From contig JAQGDQ010001572.1 in NCBI GenBank assembly GCA_030141605.1, positions 1 through 34,237 on the forward strand: a stretch of DNA of 34,237 bases, read 5' to 3'. This document shows, piece by piece, positions 24,466-34,237 of this stretch (its first letter is position 1; each line of letters opens with the position of its first letter). The DNA comes from Tubiluchus corallicola (lineage: Eukaryota > Animalia > Priapulida). The notes under the pieces were generated by a model that had not been told where the DNA came from, did no database searches, and was given only the letters and a program-made list of their open reading frames with translations. Position numbers and translations under genes: made by a program.

Positions 24466-26133
24466 GTAAGTGTTCTGCATTCACACGTTTCACGCGTTCA
24501 CACTTTTACGCGGCATTCGTAGCGCGCTCTTTAGTAACTAAGCAAAAGTTTAAAATTACCATATTGTGTTATTAAGATTCAAAATACGTTTTGGTGAATC
24601 ACTGGTGCATGCTGGGAAGGTGAGTGAGCACCACGTTTATCGGTTAATGCAAATATTTTAAATTACTAAGAATTTTCTTTTCAGGTTACATGAGTTTTTC
24701 AAACGTAATGCTAAATAACTAGTTTTGTGGTACATACTTTGGAATTACCCTTTCTTCCCTTAAAAGTTAAGCACTCTGGATACTGTCTTAAACAAGTTTC
24801 AAGAGGAGGGGGGCAGGTTTGGTAGTATATAGCAAGACACGATTGGTTACCACATACTCAATGAAACACCTCTAATGTTGTATTAGGTCAGCAATAAAAA
24901 CACTTGCATCAGCAGTAATGCTGTGTGAAACTTGTACATTCACATTCAGCCATTTTGACGATAAGTCTTTTAAAACAAGTTTAGATAACATTGCGTGAAG
25001 TTTAAAAAAATAATCAGAGAATTCGTAGCTCACACTTCACTAACTAAACAAAATTTTAAATTACTGTGTATCTGGTCAATAAGATTAAAGATACATTTTT
25101 GGTTAGTAAGTGGCGCACCCTGGTGGAGAGCAAGCGACATTTTATCAATTGACATGAACATTTTAAATTACTATTTCTAGTTACAGAAGTTGAAGTCTTT
25201 CCAGCAGGTAAACGAAATGCTAAGTAATATAGATTTGCACGGAAAGTTTTTTTTACATAGTTTAACGTTACCTTTTCTTCCCCTCATTTACATTGTGCGT
25301 ATGTGACGTCATGTAATGGTGCGGTTGGAACGGTATTGCGGGTGATTGAAAGTGAAAACAAACTCTAGTACGACATGCATAAAATTGTTGTAAAGTAATA
25401 TAATTTTTTAAGATGATTTTTCAGAAACCCACTTCGAGTACCCCTTTTCTTGTCCCTTTTAATAACAGTCTTAATAACAATGAGTTTGATAGTTTAATGT
25501 TTAGATGTTATTTCTGTGTTTAATTCGACTCTCAAGTTCCTCCTGATGACTCCAAAAACCTGTATTTGTATTTGTTTTTTGTCTTCCTTACTCCTTTCAT
25601 AACATATAGCTTGCAAAATATTATAACTATACGTATACAAAATTTCTCTCCATTAATACAAACTATTTTATGATTATAATTGCACTCCTACAAAAATGAA
25701 AATATAATCACCTCTCAAAAAACTAAAACTATAATATGTAAACCTACTCCCATGACCTTCTTTCTCCAAACTGTCCTGTTCCTACTGACCTACCTTACTT
25801 TTCCTTTTTCACGTTTATTACATAATTCTTTTCTCTCTAGTACAAACTACATATACTAACAAATGCCAGGTGCCACTTGCTGGTCGGCCGCTGCTTTGCG
25901 ATATGTTTCAGTACAACCTAAAGACATGTTCTTACACCTAGCATAGCCTCTTTGGTTATTGCATTTCTAGGACCAATTTTTACGTTGGTTTTCATAAACG
26001 ATAACAACGAGTTTGATAGTTTAATATTTAGATGATGTTTCTGTGTTCAAAACTAAATTTTTGTATTTTGATTAACGTTACAAAAGTTCACTATTTGAAG
26101 AGAGATTTTAGCATCTTGAATTTTTTTCTTTAG

Positions 26134-26306
26134 CTGTAAACACGTGGATCTCCTTCCCCTGGAAAAGATGCCAAACACGAGCGTGATCATCTGCTTCCAC
26201 AATGAAGCCTGGTCCACATTACTCCGCACCGTCCACAGCGTGCTGGATCGTTCTCCACCCTCGCTTCTCCATGATATCGTTCTTGTGGATGATGATTCCA
26301 AAATGG
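26134..26306 (+). CDS. GALNT: GALNT coding exon 3
   Basis: [29 protein letters not shown]...IVLVDDDS; tag| acceptor, |gtaatc donor. Confidence 0.95.
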
Positions 26307-26955
26307 GTAATCGTTCACTTTCATAATTGCTTCAATAAGGGTAATCTTCGAATTTTATAATTTCTTCAATATGGGTAATCTTTGGCTTTCATGATTGTTC
26401 CTATATAGGTAACTGTTGTCATCTGCTCTTTACGTTTATTGTAGAAATTGGGCAGAGAGGCTTTTAAAATAAAAGAAAACTGCCCTTAAGACGGGTAAGC
26501 ACAGCAGTAATCTAGTAAAAAAGAGGCACTACTGTGCGAGTGGCTTGTCAGCACCACTTCCGAGCAATTATGGGTGATCTTTGAATTTTATAATTGCTCC
26601 AGCATGGGTAATCATTGACTTTCGTAAATGCCCAAGTATTAGTAATCTTTGAATTTTTATATTTCGCTTTAATATGGGCAATCTTTGAATTTCATAATTG
26701 CTTCAATATGGGTAATCATTGGCTTTCATAAATGCCCAAGTATGGGTGATCTTTGAATTTCATAATTGCTCTAGTTTGGACAGTCTTTGAATTTCAAAAT
26801 TGCTTCAATATGGGTAATCATTGACTTTCATAAATGCCCAAGTATGGGTAATCATTGACTTTCATAAATGCCCAAGTATAGGCAATCTTTGAATTTCATA
26901 ATTGCTCTAGTTTGGACAGTCTTTGAATTTCAAAATTGCTCCAATATGGGTAACC
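26298..26955. repeat. Degenerate 34-bp minisatellite beginning at exon 3 donor; interrupted ~26412-26565
   Basis: gtaatc at 26307, 26341, 26375, etc.; unit caatatgggtaatctttgaatttcataattgctt. Confidence 0.85.
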
Positions 26956-27199
26956 TTAGTTTTCAGAGTGAATTTTTAAAACACACTGCATATGTTACAT
27001 ACAGGCTTTTATTCAGTAAAAATAAAGAACTGGAAGTAACGTATGTTTACTTGCTGGCATGTTACATGCAATTTTTGACTGTGTTATCAGTACGTATGGA
27101 TAATGGGTTACATTGTTAAGTGCACTAGGAAGTGTTATGAAAGCGACTAAGAAAAATAATCCTTATTACATTAAATTGATTGATCAATCGATTGATTGA

Positions 27200-27684
27200 T
27201 TAGACTAAATCTCATTTTAATTTACTGCCCAAATTTACATTTTCTTGCCTATAAAAGTTAGCAGTTGTTTCTAATATTTGAATGAACGCAGCTATTGCTA
27301 ACATCACAAACTAACCAAAGTTTGTGTAAAAGCTATGCGTCTTCGCTGCGTATCAAGCGTAAGCGAAGGTTGCTATAAGACGCTGATGTGATGTCACGAA
27401 AATGAGCTTTACGTCACAATGACTTCACAGACAAACACTGTAGTTCATGATCATGCTTATCACGGTACTGCACCTATTTTTCGGCCACGCGAATGTGAGA
27501 AAAAATGTGCCATTGCCAGCCCTAATGGATTCGCTGAGCCGCACGTAGCATTGAAAGTTTAACAAAGTTTAACTATTCGAGATTATTTAATCTAAGCGTT
27601 GATTAAAAAAAGCTATTTTAGTTTTTAGTACTTCAGACTATGCTTTGTTTTGAACTAACGTTTGCACAATCGTCCGATTTTCCC
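27200..27684 (+). mobile_element. Kolobok-like non-autonomous element, copy retaining 3' end
   Basis: Homologous to 7298-7688; ends ttttccc|ttaa. Confidence 0.65.
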
Positions 27685-27750
27685 TTAATATAACATCAAG
27701 CTTTTAATAATCTATTTATTTCTAATCTTCAGTTCGGGAATTCTTCTTTA

Positions 27751-30534
27751 GAGCGTGTTTAGACTAGCAAATTTTTTCCCCATTTAACTCGCTGAGTAAC
27801 TTGCAAGCGTGTACAGACTAGAGTGAAAACTAGCTGAGAGTTACTCTCCAACAGTAAATGCGAGCTGACACTCAATTCTCTATTTAGTGCAAGAAATGTT
27901 GAGAGTAACTCACTGGGGCGTTCACACTAGACAGTAAATCAGCTCACAGCAACTGTCAGAGAGTTTGCGATTTCCTGAGTACAGTAACTCACTGGGACGT
28001 TCACACCACACTAGACAGTAAATCAACTCACAGCAACTGTCAGAGAGTTTGCAATTTCCTGAGTACAGTAACTTACAGGGGCGTTCACACTAGACAGTAA
28101 ATCAACTCATAGCAACTGTCAGAGAGTTTGCAATTTCCTGAGTACAGTAACTTACAGGGGCGTTCACACTAGACAGTAAATCAACTCATAGCAACTGTCA
28201 GAGAGTTTGCAATTTCCTGAGTACAGTAACTTACAGGGGCGTTCACACTAGACAGTAAATCAACTCATAGCAACTGTCAGAGAGTTTGCGATTTCCTGAG
28301 TACAGTAACTCACTGGGACGTTCACATCACACTAGACAGTAAATCAACTCACAGCAACTGTCAGAGAGTTTGCGATTTCCTGAGTACAGTAACTTACAGG
28401 GGCGTTCACACTAGACAGTAAATCAACTCACAGTAACTGTCAGAGAGTTTGCAATTTCTTGCCGACAGTAACTCACTGGGACGTTCACACCACACTAGAC
28501 AGTAAATCAACTCACAGCAACTGTCAGAGAGTTTGCAATTTCCTGAGTACAGTAACTTACAGGGGCGTTCACACTAGACAGTAAATCAACTCATAGCAAC
28601 TGTCAGAGAGTTTGCAATTTCCTGAGTACAGTAACTTACAGGGGCGTTCACACTAGACAGTAAATCAACTCATAGCAACTGTCAGAGAGTTTGCGATTTC
28701 CTGAGTACAGTAACTCACCGAGGCGTTCACACTAGACAGTAAATCAACTCACAGCAACTGTCAGAGAGTTTGCAATTTCCTGAGTACAGTAACTTACAGG
28801 GGCGTTCACACTAGACAGTAAATCAACTCATAGCAACTGTCAGAGAGTTTGCGATTTCCTGAGTACAGTAACTCACTGGGACGTTCACATCACACTAGAC
28901 AGTAAATCAACTCACAGCAACTGTCAGAGAGTTTGCGATTTCCTGAGTACAGTAACTTACAGGGGCGTTCACACTAGACAGTAAATCAACTCACAGTAAC
29001 TGTCAGAGAGTTTGCAATTTCTTGCCGACAGTAACTCACAGGGGCGTTCACACCAGACAGTAAATCAACTCATAGCAACTGTCAGAGAGTTTGCAATTTC
29101 CTGAGTACAGTAACTCACCGAGGCGTTCACACTAGACAGTAAATCAACTCACAGCAACTGTCAGAGAGTTTGCGATTTCCTGAGTACAGTAACTTACAGG
29201 GGCGTTCACACTAGACAGTAAATGAACTCACAGTAACTGTCAGAGAGTTTGCAATTTCTTGCCGACAGTAACTCACAGGGGCGTTCACACCAGACAGTAA
29301 ATCAACTCATAGCAACTGTCAGAGAGTTTGCAATTTCCTGAGTACAGTAACTCACCGGGGCGTTCACACTAGACAGTAAATCAACTCACTGTAACTGTCA
29401 GATAGTTTGCAATTTCTTGACTACAGTAACTCACGGGGGCGTTCACACTAGACAGTAAATCAACTCACAGTAACTGTCAGAGAGTTTGCAATTTCTTGAC
29501 TACAGTAACTCACGGGGGCGTTCACACTAGACAGTAAATCAACTCACAGTAACTGTCAGAGAGTTTGCGATTTCCTGAGTACAGTAACTTACAGGGGCGT
29601 TCACACTAGACAGTAAATGAACTCACAGTAACTGTCAGAGAGTTTGCAATTTCTTGCCGACAGTAACTCACAGGGGCGTTCACACCAGACAGTAAATCAA
29701 CTCATAGCAACTGTCAGAGAGTTTGCAATTTCCTGAGTACAGTAACTCACCGGGGCGTTCACACTAGACAGTAAATCAACTCACTGTAACTGTCAGATAG
29801 TTTGCAATTTCTTGACTACAGTAACTCACGGGGCGTTCACACTAGACAGTAAATCAACTCACAGTAACTGTCAGAGAGTTTGCAATTTCTTGACTACAGT
29901 AACTCACGGGGGCGTTCACACTAGACAGTAAATCAACTCACAGTAACTGTCAGAGAGTTTGCAATTTCTTGACTACAGTAACTCACGGGGGCGTTCACAC
30001 TAGACAGTAAATCAACTCACAGTAACTGTCAGAGAGTTTGCGATTTCCTGAGTACAGTAACTTACAGGGGCGTTCACACTAGACAGTAAATGAACTCACA
30101 GTAACTGTCAGAGAGTTTGCAATTTCTTGCCGACAGTAACTCACAGGGGCGTTCACACCAGACAGTAAATCAACTCATAGCAACTGTCAGAGAGTTTGCA
30201 ATTTCCTGAGTACAGTAACTCACCGGGGCGTTCACACTAGACAGTAAATCAACTCACTGTAACTGTCAGATAGTTTGCAATTTCTTGACTACAGTAACTC
30301 ACGGGGCGTTCACACTAGACAGTAAATCAACTCACAGTAACTGTCAGAGAGTTTGCAATTTCTTGACTACAGTAACTCACGGGGGCGTTCACACTAGACA
30401 GTAAATCAACTCACAGTAACTGCCAGAGAGTTTGCAATTTCTTTCCGACAGTAACTCATAAAGCAGTTCACACTTGCGAGTTTACCGTCAGAGAGAAAAC
30501 GCGTGAGAGAAAACTAGTTAGTCTGAACCAGCCC
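27751..30534 (+). mobile_element. Non-autonomous DNA transposon (possibly PIF/Harbinger-like) with internal 79-bp satellite
   Basis: tta|gagcgtgtttagacta ... tagtctgaaccagccc|taa; imperfect TIRs with TA/TWA flanks. Confidence 0.7.
27920..30475. repeat. 79-bp tandem array, ~32 copies
   Basis: Unit gttcacactagacagtaaatcaactcacagtaactgtcagagagtttgcaatttcttgactacagtaactcacgggggc. Confidence 0.97.
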
Positions 30535-30607
30535 TAAATCTCGATGTCTGGCCACCCAATAGCTAAGCTGTGTTTTTTAAAATCGTTTTTATTATCTGAT
30601 TTTTCAG

Positions 30608-30772
30608 ACCATCTTATGAAGCCCTTGGAAGATTATATAGTCAAATATCCCAAGGTCAAAATCATCCGAGCAAAGAAGCGTGAAGGATTGATTAGAGCTC
30701 GTTTGTTAGGTGCAAGCATCGCCGGTGGACAGGTGTTAACTTACCTGGATTCCCATTGTGAAGTTGTTCAAG
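30608..30772 (+). CDS. GALNT: GALNT coding exon 4
   Basis: [13 protein letters not shown]...[10 protein letters not shown] (DxH motif); ttttcag| acceptor, |gtaaac donor. Confidence 0.95.
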
Positions 30773-31111
30773 GTAAACATTTAATTTAACAAACTTATGT
30801 AAAGCATTGTGGTGAGACCAGTACCTATTTTCTTATGAAGAATAACCTCCGAAACATGAGTCACCGGATCAATTGAGGTGTTCTAGTTGTGTTCAGATTG
30901 ATTTGCTAAACATAAACAATGTGAAAGGATGTGGCAAGACTGGTACGTATTTCCTTATGAAGGACAGCCTTCGAAACATGAGCCACTGAACTAACAGAGG
31001 CGTCTTAGTCATGTTCAGATGCAAATGCGTCCTTCAATGGAACAATATTAATCACTAAAGTTTGATGTAGCTGGTAATCTATATCATAGCCACTATTTTG
31101 CATGATTCCAG

Positions 31112-31325
31112 GTTGGTTGGAGCCTCTCATGGATCGGATAGCCAGGAATCGGACGACAGTCGTCTGTCCAGTAATTGACATCATTGAAGACAACACGTTA
31201 GAGTATCACACCAGCGAATCCGCATCCATTAATATAGGTGGATTCGACTGGAATCTCCAGTTCAACTGGCATCCGATACCGGCCAGAGAGAGGAATCGAA
31301 GGACCAGCCCAGTGGATCCGATCAA
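31112..31325 (+). CDS. GALNT: GALNT coding exon 5
   Basis: WLEPLMDRI...VVCPVIDII...GGFDWNLQFNW; ttccag| acceptor, |gtacgt donor. Confidence 0.95.
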
Positions 31326-31559
31326 GTACGTTGGTTTGTCGTTGTGCCTCGGTGACTGTTGCCAAAAGATGTGAAGATTTCCCGTATTTAAAACTTTATA
31401 ATTTTGCTCAAGATGAATACAAAACAAAGTTGAAATCTCAGGCATCATTGTATCAATATCAAAACCATAAAGATTGTTGTTTATATTTTTGATTATATTT
31501 GGTTTATATAGCATCTTTGTCCTGTGGTAAATTTGCGCTAATTTGTGATGCCATACTAA

Positions 31560-32222
31560 AGGTGATATTTTTGGTACCATAATAAAGGCCGTTACCATAA
31601 TAAAAACCGTATTTTTGGTACCATAATAAAGGGCATATTTTTGATACCATAATAAAGGCCGTATTTTTGGTACCATAATATAGGCCGTATTTTTGGTACC
31701 ATAATAAACGCTGTATTTTTGGTACCATGATAAAGGCCCTATTTTTGGTACCATAATAAAGGCCGTATTTTTGTACCATGATAAAGGCCTTATTTTTGGT
31801 ACCATAATAAAGGCCGTATTTTTGGTACCATGATAAAGGCCGTATTTTTGGTACCATAATAAAGGTCATATTTTTGGTACCATAATATAGGCCGTATTTT
31901 TGGTACCATAATAAAGGCCGTATTTTTGGTACCATAATAAAGGCCGTTTTTTTGATACCATAATAAAGGCCGTACTTTTGGTACATAAATAAAGGCCGTA
32001 TTTTTGGTACATAAATAAAGGCCGTATTTTTGGTACCATAATAAAGGTCATATTTTTGGTACCATAATATAAGCCGTATTTTTGGTACCATAATAAAGGC
32101 CGTATTTTTGGTACCATAATAAAGGCCGTATTTTTGATACCATAATAAAGGCCGTTTTTTTGATACCATAATAAAGGCCATATTTTTGGTACCATAATAA
32201 AGGCCGTATTTTTGATACCATG
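31560..32222. repeat. 26-bp minisatellite, ~25 copies
   Basis: Unit atttttggtaccataataaaggccgt. Confidence 0.95.
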
Positions 32223-32643
32223 TTTTTTAAAGCTTGGGATGAGTAGATGAGAAAAAATATGGTATCATTTTAGCAGACATACGTTCATAATTCAAGATGG
32301 CATCCAAGATGGCTGCCAGCTGTTCAAACTTCTATACTTCATAAAGTGACACAATGTTTTTGCAGTTCTATAGCATTGAAGTGATATATGAAAATTTGCC
32401 GCGGTTAATTACACAAGTCTTTGTATAATGCACTCTGTTGTCTGTAGAGTAGAGTCATGTTTAATCTCTTTCTGTTGTAGAAATACTGCGCATCATTTTA
32501 TGCTGCATTTAGTTTCAAGAAGTTTTGTCCTGTTTAGTACTTCAAACATTTCAAATGTAATCTTCGCCAGTGTTTGATTGCTATTGAAAAACCTCAGCCA
32601 AGCACGGCATCGAACTCTGATCTTGTGATTGTCTCTCTTTCAG

Positions 32644-32761
32644 GACGCCTACAATGGCAGGTGGCTTGTTCTCTATTGACAGGGCGTGGTTTGACAAACT
32701 TGGCCAGTATGACGATGGTTTCGACATCTGGGGAGGCGAAAATTTAGAGCTGTCGTTTAAG
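32644..32761 (+). CDS. GALNT: GALNT coding exon 6 (not in ORF track); gene continues beyond window
   Basis: [39 protein letters not shown] (Gal/GalNAc-T motif, resembles gly-5/pgant9); tttcag| acceptor, |gtgaga donor. Confidence 0.95.
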
Positions 32762-32800
32762 GTGAGAAATCAAGAAAATTTGAATCAGCTTCTTGGAAAT

Positions 32801-33095
32801 AACAAGCCTTTTTGCAGTTCCAGCAATTGATGACGATCGTGAAAAGGTCAAAGGTTAAGTGTACCAGACAATGCATTTATGTACACTAGACAATGCCTCA
32901 AAGCCCATGCTGTTGTAATAGTTCTAACAGCTAGCTAGAATCATGTAAAACAACTGATGTTATTGAACTGATGCAGTAGACAGCTTTGCTTTACCCACAT
33001 GTTACGTGACAGTTAAGACGCATTGCTGTGGTACACTTAACCTTTGACCTGCAACAACCGTGCATGCACACAATGGAACTGTGAAAAGGTTTATT
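32801..33095. mobile_element. Foldback MITE with nested inverted repeats
   Basis: Perfect 22-bp IR aggtcaaaggttaagtgtacca (32845-32866 / 33029-33050); outer imperfect IR cctttttgcagttcca / tggaactgtgaaaagg. Confidence 0.7.
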
Positions 33096-33381
33096 CACTC
33101 AACTTGCACTTAAATCTAAGGATGTGCTAGATTTAGATTTGCCTGTAAAAACTGAGCTTCCTTATGTACATTTAGTAGGTCAGCCAATCAGTAGGTCAGA
33201 CGGTTTTGGTCCACTCATTGGATAGTGAAGAGATAGCAACATCTTGTTTCACCTTTCTGCAACGTTAAATTTTAAATAAAAGTTTTATGGTTACTTCAAA
33301 ACAGTTGTAGAATGCGAAAAAACATTGTTACATTGTTTTTAACAATGTAAAGAAATGAGGAAGAACAATTAACTGTGAGAA

Positions 33382-34237
33382 GTTCTGGTGTTGCCATGCT
33401 GTGTCGCCATTCTGTTATTGTTCCGGTGTTGCCACGCTGTGTCGCCATGCGTGTTATTGTTCCGGTGTTGCCATGCTGTGTCGCCATTCTGTTATTGTTC
33501 TGGTGTTGCCATGCTGTGTCGCCATTCTGTTATTGTTCCGGTGTTGCCATGCTGTGTCGCCATTCTGTTATTGTTCCGGTGTTGCCATGCTGTGTCGCCA
33601 TTCTGTTATTGTTCCGGTGTTGCCACGCTGTGTCGCCATTCTGTTATTGTTCTGGTGTTGCCATGCTGTGTCGCCATTCTGTTATTGTTCCGGTGTTGCC
33701 ACGCTGTGTCGCCATTCTGTTATTGTTCCGGTGTTGCCATGCTGTGTCGCCATTCTGTTATTGTTCTGGTGTTGCCATGCTGTGTCGCCATGTGTGTTAT
33801 TGTTCTGGTGTTGCCATGCTGTGTCGCCATTCTGTTATTTTTCCGGTGTTGCCACGCTGTGTCGCCATTCTGTTATTGTTCCGGTTTTGCCATGCTGTGT
33901 CGCCATGCGTGTTATTGTTCTGGTGTTGCCATGCTGTGTCGCCATGTGTGTTATTGTTCTGGTGTTGCCATGCTGTGTCGCCATTCTGTTATTTTTCCGG
34001 TGTTGCCACGCTGTGTCGCCATTCTGTTATTGTTCCGGTTTTGCCATGCTGTGTCGCCATGTGTGTTATTGTTCTGGTGTTGCCATGCTATGTTGCCATG
34101 TTTGTTATTGTTCTGGTGTTGCCATGCTGTGTCACCATGTCTGTTATTGTTTTGGTGTTGCCATGCTGTGTCACCATGTCTGTTATTGTTTTGGTGTTGC
34201 CATGCTGTGTCACCATGTCTGTTATTGTTTTGGTGTT
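33382..34237. repeat. 38-bp minisatellite, ~22 copies, truncated by window edge
   Basis: Unit ttctgttattgttccggtgttgccatgctgtgtcgcca. Confidence 0.96.

Noticed and set aside
31206-32195. Minus-strand ORFs of 109-225 aa
   Set aside because: Translations of the 26-bp minisatellite

Overview
AT-rich, repeat-dense eukaryotic DNA from an invertebrate animal (plausibly a mollusc; that is an inference). The first ~21 kb is a giant inverted duplication (palindrome). Its arms are ≥10 kb long (1-9998 and 10353-≥20789) and are separated by a 354-bp spacer. Each arm carries an intronless GT31 beta-1,3-galactosyltransferase-family CDS; the two encode identical proteins and lie tail-to-tail. The symmetry axis lies inside a 79-bp tandem array of a non-autonomous DNA transposon, and the strand switch occurs at a 6-bp inverted microhomology. 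An intact, satellite-expanded copy of the same transposon sits 17 kb away in an intron. The arms show no visible differences near the centre but have patchy indels and substitutions further out. The rest of the window holds six coding exons of a polypeptide GalNAc-transferase (GALNT, gly-5/pgant9-like) on the + strand, which continues past the window. Its introns contain MITEs and minisatellites, one of which is seeded on a splice donor. Most ORFs in the supplied track are repeat artefacts or antisense shadows.
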